A stretch of 62,605 bases of DNA, the filler included, from Intoshia linei (Eukaryota; Animalia; Orthonectida), in the NCBI GenBank assembly GCA_001642005.1. It is 7 parts of 7 records of this genome, joined end to end, with 100 filler letters (N's around TTAATTAATTAA, not from the genome) between each part and the next. Parts side by side here need not be neighbours in the genome. Positions count along the whole stretch, not along the records: positions 1 to 28,799 come from LWCA01000403.1; 6 more parts are not named here. One strand, given 5' to 3'. Below, piece after piece: positions 1-13,100 of the stretch. The position numbers and the translations under genes are program-made. The number at the start of each line of letters is the position of its first letter. Position 1 is the stretch's first letter. The notes beneath the pieces were generated by a model, which made no database searches, was not told the DNA's origin, and saw only the letters and a list, made by a program, of their open reading frames with translations.

Positions 1-535
1 GTTTTTGTGATATATTTAAATACATTATGGACAAAATTAAATGATAGTAACTTTACAAATTTGAAATTTACAAATTACAAAGAAAAATAAACTTCAGATT
101 TTGTCTAAATATCGTGTGTGTAAGATATCGAGAATAACCGGTAGCTATTTTTTATCTATTTTTCAAATTTTTCTAAATATATAAATGCCTAATTTGTCAA
201 ATATAAACCGAATGCAACGATGCTTGTGATTCTCAAAAATTTTTAATGCTTCTAAGACAATATAAGTAAAAATTGAAAATGAATATATATGTATCCTGCA
301 CTAAAGTTCAGTGACTGAACCAGAATAACCTATTTAACCTAAAACATAACTTTTTCTGTATTTATTTTGCTAAATGTACTTACTGACAACACCTAACACA
401 TTTTTGCATAGTGAATTATAAGAATCATATGGGCAGTATTGAATAAATTGAATTTTGTTGTTTATTTATGAAAGTTTTAAAGTGAAACTGAATATAATGG
501 ATGATCCAATTAAATATAATACGTAACCTTAAAAC

Positions 536-2593
536 ATGCAAGTACGAAATAACGTTTACGGGACAATTTTTAATTATAATGATCCAGCAATATATTGTAA
601 GATACTGTTTATTTTGCTCGTAATTACATTAATATTCCGACGAATAATGATACTTAAAATAATTAAATTTATTTGGATTGGTATATTGAATTTGATCGTC
701 AAAATATTCAAATGGACACATGAGATGATAGAATTTGGAGATATAATAAGAAATACATTTTTCAGAGATTTGAAAGCTTTAAGATATGTGTTGAAAATAG
801 GATGGTACAAACATAAAATTCAAAAAGAAAATAAGAGTCTTTACATGTATTTTTCGGAAACTTGTAAAGAAAATTCTGCAAAAATTGCGTTTATAGACGT
901 TTCTACAAAACAATCTTTCACTTTTCAAAATCTATATCACTTTGTTCAGGAATATGCTTACCTTTTAAATATAAACAATATAGATTCTACATCTGTAGTT
1001 GCTTTGTACTATTCAAATAATGTACATTTCATTTCTATGATTTTAGCTCTAAATAAGATTGGTGCAAAGGTAGCTTTAATTAACACAAATTTGAAGAAGG
1101 AACAAATTATTCAATGTGTCTCTAGTTGTAAAGCAAATTTTTTAATTTGCGAATGTTTAGATAAAGAAATATTGAATGAAATTAAAAACGAAATTTTTAT
1201 TGGAAAATTTTCACACAATCTAAATTTGTTCAATGTAGAAATAGTTGAAAATTATGCCATTTTTGCAAATATTTTAAATAATGAGTTCCATAAAATTGAA
1301 AATATTTGTGAAAATAAACGACATTCCCCTTTATATATACCAAAACATTGTAATGAAATTATTATGTACATATTTACCTCTGGTACAACAGGAATGCCTA
1401 AAGCTGCAAAAATTTCTACTCTGCGATACATTTTTGGAGCAAGCATTTTTTCTACGTGCAATTTTTCAAATTCTTCAGATATTATTTATAACGTACTACC
1501 TTTTTATCATGCATCTTCTTTATATTTCGTAGTTGGTCACATGTTATTGGTCGGCTGTACTATTATTTCTAGGCCAAAATTTTCCAAGTCAAATTTTGTA
1601 AATGATATAACGAGATATGAACCGACCATTTTCATATATATTGGTGAAATTTGTAGATATTTATTAAATATCGACACTAAAAATACAAATCTCAATTCAA
1701 TAAGAATTGCTTTAGGAAACGGATTAAAAAAGGATATATGGGAAAAATTTCAAATTAAATATAATATAAAAAGAATTTTTGAATTTTACGGTTCTACAGA
1801 GGGAACAGCAAGTTGTTTAAATTTTAGTGGTGTAGTTGGATCTTGTGGATTTGTTACTAAAATTTTGCCAATAGCAACACCTTATTGTCTCATAAATTAT
1901 GAAAAATACAGCAAACTTGTGCTAGATAATGATTATGATTTTTATAAACATAATCTAAAGGTAAACGCGAATGAAAACGGTCTATTGATTTCATCAGTGA
2001 ATGCAAATACATTAATGGGTAATTTATTAAAACCAAAATTACTCAATTATGACGGATATACGGATTCTAGTTCTTCTAACAAGAAACTCTTGAATAATGT
2101 TTTCAATTATGGAGATGTTTATTTAAACTCTGATGATATATTTCGAATGGATAAATATGGCTTTCTTTATTTTGTAGACAGATTAGGTGACACTTATAGG
2201 TATAAAGGAGAAAACGTATCAACTTTTGAAATTGAAACTATACTATCTCCAATTTTTGAATCAATTTTTCTAGTTTGTTATGGTATTTCATTGCCAAATT
2301 TGGATGGTAAAATTGGTATGATTACCATGGACAATGGGTATTTTTTTGAAAACAATTATCCTCTCATTTTAGAAAAAATAAAAATCAAACTACCCTTCTA
2401 TTCTAGACCTTACTACATTCGCTGCACTTGTACAAAAAATGATATGCATCTTCAAAATGATTGCAATATCAAATTAACTGGAACAATGAAATATAAAAAA
2501 AAGAGTTTAATCGAATTAAACATTAACCCTGCAAATGACACTGTATACAAAATTGATTATGCAACAAATTCAATCACAAAAATTGAATCTTGA
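536..2593 (+). CDS. SLC27A: Long-chain fatty acid transport protein / very-long-chain acyl-CoA synthetase (FATP, SLC27 family), single exon
   Basis: Uninterrupted 685-aa ORF with the AMP-binding motif YIFTSGTTGMPK, plus YIGEICRYL, ALGNGL, EFYGSTEG and the FATP signature GFLYFVDRLGDTYRYKGENVST; hydrophobic N-terminus. The true start could be a downstream Met. Paralogue not assignable. Confidence 0.95.
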   Translation: MQVRNNVYGTIFNYNDPAIYCKILFILLVITLIFRRIMILKIIKFIWIGILNLIVKIFKWTHEMIEFGDIIRNTFFRDLKALRYVLKIGWYKHKIQKENKSLYMYFSETCKENSAKIAFIDVSTKQSFTFQNLYHFVQEYAYLLNINNIDSTSVVALYYSNNVHFISMILALNKIGAKVALINTNLKKEQIIQCVSSCKANFLICECLDKEILNEIKNEIFIGKFSHNLNLFNVEIVENYAIFANILNNEFHKIENICENKRHSPLYIPKHCNEIIMYIFTSGTTGMPKAAKISTLRYIFGASIFSTCNFSNSSDIIYNVLPFYHASSLYFVVGHMLLVGCTIISRPKFSKSNFVNDITRYEPTIFIYIGEICRYLLNIDTKNTNLNSIRIALGNGLKKDIWEKFQIKYNIKRIFEFYGSTEGTASCLNFSGVVGSCGFVTKILPIATPYCLINYEKYSKLVLDNDYDFYKHNLKVNANENGLLISSVNANTLMGNLLKPKLLNYDGYTDSSSSNKKLLNNVFNYGDVYLNSDDIFRMDKYGFLYFVDRLGDTYRYKGENVSTFEIETILSPIFESIFLVCYGISLPNLDGKIGMITMDNGYFFENNYPLILEKIKIKLPFYSRPYYIRCTCTKNDMHLQNDCNIKLTGTMKYKKKSLIELNINPANDTVYKIDYATNSITKIES

Positions 2594-2640
2594 TTTTCAT
2601 ATTGTACATTTATTGTTAAAGAAATTATATTTTTTATAAA

Positions 2641-4097
2641 TTTTAACTTATATAATATGCGACGCGATTTTTGTTTGTCTGTCTGTGTGTGGGTCCTACT
2701 TTATTGAAATAACTAGCACTCTTAGAATTTTTTAAAGATTTCAATTTTAATTTTTTCCGGGACGTATAATAATATAAATTTCAACCTCCCAATTTCACAT
2801 CTTAAGGGTCAAAAACCCCTGTTGTCCATCTTTTTGAAAATTAAACGAGTTGGAGAATTTCAAAAAATATATACGCTGATGCCGATTTAAAATCATAAAC
2901 ATTATCATAAATTTAAATTTCAAAAAATTATTTCTTCATGGCCAAAATCCCAAATTCCCTTCCTTTTTTTTTTTTGAAAACAGCCCTAGAATTTCAAATG
3001 AAAAATAATTTTTAATATATTATCAACCAATATTTTAATTAAAATCAAAAATTGAAAATGTAAATATTGATCCTACAATTTGAAAAAAAATGTGGATTGT
3101 ACGTCTACATATTTCCAGTCAAGAAATATGGGTGAAAATCTATATAATTCATTCCTTTGGAATTTTTTTCATTGCTACGCAATTATTAAATTTCAAATTT
3201 TCATTTTCCAAACATTTTGAACATCTACGGCAACGAATTTATAAAAGTTTTGATCCTAACTTAATTTAACTTAATTTGAAAATGCTAAAAAGATAAGTAA
3301 CATTCACAAGAAAAAAGGCCAAAAGTATGGACACATTTTTAACATCAATTATTTTTATATTACAATCCTTTGCAATAATGGTAAAATTAATTATTCAATA
3401 AAAATTATTGATACACAATTGGTATTTTTAAGTATTTATTAAATTGGTTTTGAATATATATCATCACATTGAAATTGACAAAATAGGTTTTTATAATTTT
3501 ATTTTTTCTGGAATTTATGCTATTTTGACAAAATTTGGGATTGGACTGTTTTTATTTTATTTTTAATATTATATACACATTCTGTCTAATAAATTAAAAA
3601 AATGGAATAATAATTGTTTTTAAAATTCTTTACGCAAATGTTAACAAAAAAAATTAAGATGAAAAAAATGGGATAATTGTTTTTAAAATTCTTTACGCAA
3701 ATGTTAACAAAAAAAATTAAGATGGAAATAATTCTTTAAAGTAAAAAGTAATGTGATATGACGGTTCCACCTGAAACAAAATTTGGGACCACTCTTTTAA
3801 AAGATTGATAATAGTGAATAGTAGGATTTTTAAGTTAGATTTTCAACGTGAATTTATTTTTTAAGTATAATAAAAATGTGCTCTCGGCAGAGCTAGGTCC
3901 TGTTTGTACGTAGTATGTAAATTTATTTTTTGGTAGTATAAAAATGTTCCCTCGGTAGAACTAGGCTACGGGGATTGATAATAGTGAATAGTAGAATTTT
4001 TAAGTTAGATTTTCAACGTGAATTTTTTTGGTATAATAAAAGAGTGCCCTCGGCAGACTAGGTGCTGTTTGTACGTAGTACAAAACAGCCAATCTAG
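2641..4097 (+). mobile_element. Non-autonomous Helitron, copy with both termini
   Basis: 5' end A|TTTTAACTTATATAATATGCGACGCG (family consensus A|TCCTAACTTATATAATATGC) followed by a (GTCT/GT)n tract; 3' hairpin CTGTTTGTAC-GTA-GTACAAAACAG then CTAG|T at 4094-4098; no TSD; highly similar to 55423-56329. Confidence 0.85.
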
Positions 4098-4167
4098 TGT
4101 ATTATAAAATGGGTAGAATTATTATTATTTGACCTCTGAAAATTTTTATCCATCAAAATTTATTATA

Positions 4168-7100
4168 TCAACATGCTTTAATATTCTCAGCGAGATAACT
4201 GTCTTTTAATTTTAGATGTACGTCATTTATTGTAAAGTTTATAATGCAGCCTTTAAACCATTCCATATATTGGTAATATTCTAATGCGTAGTTTTCTAGG
4301 TCTTGTACAATACCTCCAAGGTGTAGATTCCCTTTCAAATATGACATGGGTGAATTTTGCAATATTTCAATTTTTGAACTCTCTACATATCCATTTATAT
4401 TAATTGACAAATTATTTGATCTAAATTATAAAATTTTAATACAATATGTCATATTAATATGGAACATATTGTACCTAAGCTCTCTTCGGGCCTAGTATAT
4501 AATGCGTATATATAATAAGTAATTTGTAATATAAGTAATAATAATAAGCAATATAATTATTAATATATATATAAGGCCCTCTTTAATAATAATAAATAAT
4601 AATTTGTATAATGAGACCCTCATTTTTCTAAATTATGCATTAAAAACGTAATTCTTGAATATCATATATTTTGTGTGTTAAATTAAAAATTTCAAATTAA
4701 AATCCTTAAAGAGATGGTAGGGGTATATGGTACTACAATTCGTTTGCGAAAATTTTATTTCGCAATATGATTATGAGTCAAATGTGCATATTTTTGTATT
4801 ATTAATGGATATATAAAAAAATTTACATTTTTATCGTAAATTCTTGTTTAATTTTGTAATTTAATAGATCATTATGAATTAAACTGCTGCATTTTGATTC
4901 ATAGCAATAACTAAATATTTTATAAAATGCCAATTGGTTTTACATATAATTTTTGCAGTAACGAACCCAGTTTAAATAACAAATCAACAACTAAGTGTTT
5001 TTCCAAAATTTTCAAGTATACATTAGTACATTCATTAAAAACTTTTAAAAAATGTATGACGATGTAAAACAGGGTCACAAAATTTATTTCGTTGTACAAA
5101 ATGTATGTCTGTTTGTCTGTTACAGTTTATTTAAGAACGTAAGATGAGTCGAGTTTTAAAAATGTTATATTCCTATTAGTTTTTCGAGGGTGATGTTTTA
5201 TCGCAACATATATAATTAGAAATTGAGTCCGTTAAATCATATCACTAATAAATGTAGAAATCATTATTTCAAAAATACTACTTTTTGTAAAGAATAAGAG
5301 GAATGCCACAGACTAAATTTTAAAATACTGTAAATGTAGTAAAAAAATTTTTTGGTAGATACCTACAGTACGTATACTACCACTAACCAATTTTTGGGAA
5401 GAATTGATAACATTTTTATAGGTCAATTAGTCTATTTAAGATGACAATCAACAGTCACATAAATATGCATGAATGTAATATAATGTAAATATAATAAATG
5501 TATTGTACATTTAATTTTCTTGTAATTATAATTTAAAATAGTATTTTATTCCTATTATATCTTTAAACATCCATCTGACCAAATAGAGTGACCCACATCA
5601 TTCGATATCGTATCAGCTACAAACTGATATAAAATAGAAAAATGTTGAACTGTGTTATTAGATAATAGTCGTGTATGAATAAAGATAGTATAAATAAGTA
5701 CATGTACATTAGGGTGTTTCACAATTTTGAAATTTCATAATTTTTAAGAACTTTAGCATACAAAATGATTAAATGGATATAGAAATCAGTATATTGCAAA
5801 AAAATATATAAAATCTTTGTTTGAAGTTGCCCCAAAGGAAAGAAGTTTTCAATATCAAAATTCATAATAAAAAGTAAAAAACTTAAATTCTGAAATTATT
5901 CTGAAAATGAACTTAAGAAAACAAGATTTTTTTGTAAATTTTTATATAAATTACCACTTTACCAAAATCAATTACCAAAGTATGACGTATACAATAAGAT
6001 GGATTGCTCTCCAATTGGAAACGCGCCTGTTGTAAACGATGCAGCAGAAAGAGCCATAGCAAAAATTAAAAGAGCTTTTCGATTAACCAAAAAAGAGGAA
6101 CAGTTGCAATTAATTGTTCGTACATTATGAATTTTTAACATTGTTTAAATAAAATGTATAACATGCAGTTCTTGTCAACAAATAATATGCGAAACACCAT
6201 TATTGAAATTTTTTTTAGGAAAAAATGCCAAAAAATTTTTGTAAATTATTTTTTTTAATAATTTAGCATTCGAAAAAATTTAATTTTTTTTGTATTTTAA
6301 AAAGGGATTTTTGTCAAGGTATAATTTTGGCCATGATGGGTTTTTATTGTGGAGTCATTCATGTAATAGTCATTTTACCTTATTTAAATATCATTTAAAT
6401 GTATATAGGTATAAAAACATGAAAAATAATAAAGTTCTTCTGTCATGTTTTTAAAAAAGGTTTAAAAAAAAATAGGCGAAGGAAATTACAAAACTAGATA
6501 AAATTTAATCGGTAATTTGTGTTCTAAATTACATTTTGAACGCTCAGTAAAATATACTTTGGTTGATTCAACGGAAAGTTTAAAAAGTGGACACCCTAAT
6601 GTATATGAATTAAACTTACTCTATAAATAACATTGAATTTTTCAAATAAACAATAATATTTTTTAAATTATATCGTTGATTTTTTGGATCTAGATTGTCA
6701 ACATTGAAAATCTGCATCAAAAACAATATTCCATTTTTCATTTCATTAATAATTTCAAAAATGAAGTCATTTGAAGATAAATACTGAATATCATTAAAAT
6801 GAATTCTAGCAAATTTGTTAAATTTCCAATGAGTTTCATGTGTTAAAATTTCTAAATTTTTTACATAAAATTGATCAGTTTAAACCCTTCAAAATCCTGA
6901 GAATAAATTAAATTGTAGTGAATTTAGTTTTATAAAAATGATTTAGTTTCCACACAAATATTTTAAAAATTTAATTTAGTAAACTTTAAAGGTTATGACG
7001 GGTTAAATTTTTTTTATATTTTGCACACTCTTGACTCTACATTTCATATCTCGGTTAGTAAAAAATATTTTACGATAAATTTACTGTATACATTCATACC

Positions 7101-10100
7101 TTTTTCGCAAAATTGATCACCATAACCTATTTTGCATTGACATGTAGATTTGTAATTATAATGGCAAGGGTATACTCGTTTTAACAAATATCCATTATTA
7201 TAACATGAAACTAAAATAATTTGGAAATTAAAGAATTAAAATTTAAATAATGTACTATCTTTAAAATGGCATAAATTTTGATTATATGGTAGGCGAATAT
7301 GATTTAATTCGACAAAAATATTATTGTATTCTTGTTTTATACTACACATACAATTCGAATCGCATTGGTTTACATTTTGTGTTTTATAGTCTTTTAAATT
7401 AAAATTGTTTTTGTTCAAAATCACCTAATACAAGTAATTAAAATTATAATTTATAAACATTACCCTATTCATAATGCATCCAGTGAAACCTGTTACTTCA
7501 AGTGGTTCATACAATTGCATATAATTGATATTATTTGAATAACCAAATAATAATAAAGAATTTTTATATTGACCAAAACTACAATTCCCTGGGGCATAAC
7601 CTACAAATACGAAAGTAATATTCAATTATGGAAATATGCACCTTTAAAAATAGCTTCGTTTATTAACATGTACGCTCGATTATCCATAATATTTATATTT
7701 ATTATTGTAAAATCTTTCGTAGTTACTTTTTTCAAGTTTTGAACGATACCCAAACCTATTCTTAAATGGATTAATGTATTAAAATTTTAATATTAATAGT
7801 ATAACCTTTTCCACAAATGAAGGATAGAGTTATTAACCCATCAAATAAACTTAATTGAACATGATTTTGTACGAATGCTTTTTCATTGGATAGTACCGAG
7901 AGAATTACCACATTTTGTAATAAATTTAAAAATTTTATTTTAAAATGTAAATCAAAAGAATTTTTGATAATGAATTGTATTTTCATATTCGACTCTGAAT
8001 CAAAATTCATTGATTTAAATTCTAAAACAATAAAAAATTTAAATTTTAAATTTAATTTTATATTTTAATATTTTATATACAAATTGCATAAATTGTGCAA
8101 TACCCAAAACACGAATAACTATAGATTTCGTAATACTGTCGTATGTATTGAAAGACTGACAAATATAATTTCCTGAATCTTGATATTTTGCATTGTTTAG
8201 GTTTAATAACGATCTTGATGACTAAAAATATATGTTAATATAAATACACCAAACCACAAGTTGTACTGATTTATTTTCCAGTTTATACCATTTTACAGTT
8301 GGTTTTGGATGACCATATACCATACAATCTATATTAACACTTTCTCCAATATTCAAAAAATATTGAGATTTTATTAATTCCATTTGTAAGAATTCTATAT
8401 GGATAAATTGAAAAATAATAGTCAATTTTTTTTATTAATTTATTTAACCTTTCTTTTTCATAACATGAACATTTGAATATGAATACTTGATTAAATTTAA
8501 ATTTTTTAGAAAACAAGAAAATTTTCCACTATCTTGGTTTTTTAAATTATATAAATACAAAACATTTTTGTCGATTGAAAATTCTAAATTGATAAATAAA
8601 ATGTAAAATTCAATGGAAATAACTTTTTGGCATATATCCGTCACATTTTTTCCATTTTACATATTTTATATACGTTTTATCAACAACACACGTTAGTGTT
8701 ACACCATTTCCCTCGTAAACAGTTACATTATTAGGTAAAATGGTTAATTCTACATTTTCAGATAAAATTGCATTAGTAGTTAGAGTTGGATAAGAATCTA
8801 AATTTCAAATGTAACAAATCATAAAAATTGTACGTTACTTATTTTTAATTGTATATGAATTTCTTTAGACATGTTCCCATTTTGATTGTGAGCGTGGCAA
8901 GTGTATGCTCCAGAATGTAAAATGGAAAACTTTTTTATTTTCAATATTTTAGTTGAACTTGCCATAGTTTTATTTCTTTCCCAAAATATAAAAGGCTCTG
9001 AGTTTCCCTTTGCCAGACATTCAATTTTTATAGATTCTTCCATAGCTGCGTAATAATTTGTTTGGTTCAAGTATATGCGTGGTTTAGTAAATTCTTGATG
9101 ATATTAAAAATATAAACTTGTAAAGTGTATTTTTAATATTACCATTAACATAAATTTTCACATCTTTCCTTATTTTTGCAATTTCGTCAATTTCGCATTG
9201 ATATTTACCTGCATCTTTATTAGAAACATTAACTAATTTTAAATTTCCTTTATATGAAATCATTTTTTTTGAATTAAGGTACCAAACTGGATGTATCTAT
9301 AAATGTAAAATGTTTGATTATATTTAATAATTACCTTATACTTGGATTGACATAGTATATTAAAATCCTGTCCTTCGTTTAAATCAATAACTGTAGGACC
9401 AATAATTGAAATGTCCTCAGATTCATCTTAAACATTTTAAATTTAAGTTGATACCAAAATGTATCGTTAGTTCGTTATACCAAGGTTTGTGGACCAAAAT
9501 TTCTTAGTAATATATTCTGAAATACGGGTAAATAATAAAAAATAAATATATGATTAAATATTGATGTGCAACTTCGAACTAGATTTTCTATTGTGATTTT
9601 ATTAAGCCTAAATTGGAGCTTTTGAATAATTATATGGATGTAGAAATTATAAATATGTCACACAATCTGCAATTCGAGTTGTGTGAATTGCAATCAGATT
9701 TTATCTTAATAAAAATGTAATAATTTAAGAAAAAAATTTATTTTGGAAAAAAAAATAATCTGATTTAATTGACTCTTGTGAAACGGTACATGGCTCGTTT
9801 TCAATTTTTAACTGGGTTGACATAACATTTTCTGGGACGCACAAATTCGCCAGGATCCACCGTTTTAAAAACTTTGGTTTACAGAAATATCATAATTATC
9901 ACATTACCTATCATTAATTTAATTTTTTTAGAAATAATTCCGTATTTGTGTACTAATTATTCTCAACTTGTTATTTTTGTACTTTACTATAATAATTCTA
10001 ACATTTAGAACCTTTTGTAATATTATGACCAAATAAAATACTAATTATATTTTTAATTTGCGTAATATTCATATCATGATACTTATAATAATTTTCCGGT

Positions 10101-13100
10101 TAATCTGTGAAATGTTAACTTTTTCGTCTTATACTGGCACTACTGATGAGACACTTAATGCTTTATTACAAAAATCAACAAAGAAAATCGACATAACTGC
10201 AATGATCAATGAATAGTCAAAGAGTATTGATAATTTCAGTAAACTTTAATAAATATTTGTGTTAGGTAAATTAACAGTGCAAGTGAGATAAATTATTTTT
10301 AAATTGGAATTAATGATTAGAAAACTAAGAGGGAAGGAATAATGAAATAATTATGTAAAAAAATTTTTAATGTGCAGTCCGCCAAATTTGTAAAATTTAA
10401 GTTTGACCTTCACTCGCCATATGTTTGGAGCACTCTGAAATAGAGCATTAGTCCTTAAACTTTAAAATATTTCTCGGTCCCTTAGAAAATTATTTAAAAT
10501 TTACTTAAGACCACACTCACCTAACTTGTCATATCAATGTAAAATGTAGCCAATTTTAAGTTTTTTAAACGTATCAAAGTTCTGAGGATTATTTACAATT
10601 AAAAAATTTCTTAACATAACCATAATGTTATCAAGTTAAATCAAAATTTAGAAAAATTAACCCACAAAAATGATATACATATAAATTATCATTATAAATA
10701 TATTATAAATTGCATAATCATCACTTTATCATGGGTCTCTTGCGTAGTTCAAGACTCTTTAGTAAAGAGTCAGCAGTGGTTCCCTATTTAAATTAGTGTA
10801 CGTCCCCCGATTTCAAAATATTTATTTTTTGGACCTTAAAGGAAACAGGAAATATAAAATATTTATGAAAAAATAGGTTTTTTCTCATAAGATTTGGTAA
10901 ATCGTTTTTCAAAAAAATATGGGAAAAAAGGGATTTTTTATATTGTGGTTGGATTACGTGGATTTTTCCCTGGGTGCTTGAAGTGGTATTTTTTATTAAC
11001 ACTTATGATACTGTACATGATATTAATGGTGGAATAAAAGTGGGGTTTTTGAAATAAAAATTTTAGTGGTCGTATAGGCTTTGGGATAAATTGCAAACAT
11101 CTGGAAATTCTGTAATAAATATTAAAAATTCTCCTATAAACATAAAGAAAAGTTGATAATTTTTTTATATTTTATTTGAACCTCACGGACCCCAGACATA
11201 TAGTTTTGGACCTAAGGAGTCCAGATACCCCTAATCGGGAACTACTGCTTTATACGTAATTGATATCTGTTGGTCCAAATGAATTTGAAAAAATAGTAAT
11301 ATTCATCATAATATAGACTACTATGTCTCTGGTAGAAACTCTCTACCTTATGATATAAATAGGTTTCCATCATGTATCATATTTATTTCTGAAATAATAA
11401 ACAATGAACACACATTACAATAATAAATTTCAAATCAAGTGAGGTATATGATGAAGGTTCTTATCTCTGCTAATATGTAAAATTTTACCATTCAGACATT
11501 TTTCATTGAGTAAAAAACTATTGCACCCATTACAATAATTTCTGTGTTTAATTAAATGACAATTCTAAAATAATATTATCACAATACTAATCATTAATAT
11601 ACAATGCAATTATGCCTATAATTACATATTTTACAATGACAGATGTTATTTTGACAATCTTGATAATAATTACTATCACATATCTAAAATATATAAATAT
11701 GTATTACATAAAAGTTTAATAATTGCAATTAAACACTATTTCCATATAATAGTAAAAGTGATGCTCGAATAGTACCTAATTTGATGATTTAGGAAATATA
11801 AAAATTAAGTTTTTCTTAGTAGGTCTCATCTATCTGAAAAGAGGGTTTTAATTATCAAATTTAACCTCTTATTTCTGGGTCTATTTTATTTTGATATTTA
11901 AACCAATGATTTCAAAAAATAGAACCACTAAATATATTAAAATTAAGATAAGTTGTATTAAAATATACTAAACTCCATTATTATTAAAAAATTTATTTAT
12001 ATATTATTATGTATTATTATCATTGTAGTCTTACATGTCAAATTTAAATTAACAAAGATAAAAAACTTGATATTGTGAAATTTTAGACTCCTTAAGACTT
12101 GGTTGGATCTAGATCCCATTTGAGAACCATTGTACTACACTACGCTAATATGTTAAATTTGGGAAATGTGGAGAATTTACCACACTACTTGGTTAATTGC
12201 ATTTTAAATTAAGTTAGTTAGGCGTCATCCAAGACTAATTAATCGTGTTAAACAGAGTTACATGTATTAAACTATAATATAATTACCTGGCAAAAATTCC
12301 CTATATAACCAGATGGACAAATACACGTAACACGAATTTTGCCTAAATCCGGTTGAGATACACGTATGTATTTTGCTTCGTAAACAGAACTCGAAATAAC
12401 TTGAAAATACATGTATTTTATATTCATAAGGATAAAAGAAAATTGTCGAGCGGTTATTTTCTCTCCAGTCAAAGATTTAAAATTGTTCTATTTGATTAAT
12501 TAAAAAATATATTATTTTTAAAGTTATTAAATGATTTATACCGTATTCGTTAATATGAACCACACAATTTTTTAGCACAATCTAGGGGAGTGATTTATAT
12601 TTTTTTATACCTTGGTCCACATGTTAAAATGCCATATTCCCAAAAAATAATGGTAAATTATGCGTTATAGTTTATTTCTCTTGAACATTAATACTCTGTC
12701 ATTTCGCGTGTCTGAATGTCAGTATCAGAAAAATTTATTAAAAATATTTTCTTAATTTTTTCACTTTTTGTTACCTACTTTGTAACTGACAGACTGTTAC
12801 AATACATCTAAACAATATAATTATTTTCTTTAATTTTCATTGGGTGTTTTTTATTTTCATATTAGGAATAATTTTATAATGGTAGTACTATACGTATTAA
12901 ATGTACATTGTAAAGGATTAAAAAAGGTATCTTCTACATTGAATGTGTGCTTTATTTTAAAATTCGAATATTTTTAGATTGAATCAAAATAGAATTGCAA
13001 TAAAGATACTTTTGGACTTTTTATATTACAAAAATAATTTATTCCTTCTACATTAGGGTGTCACATTTTTTGGAAAATTTTAGAATTCGATGGCCAATTA

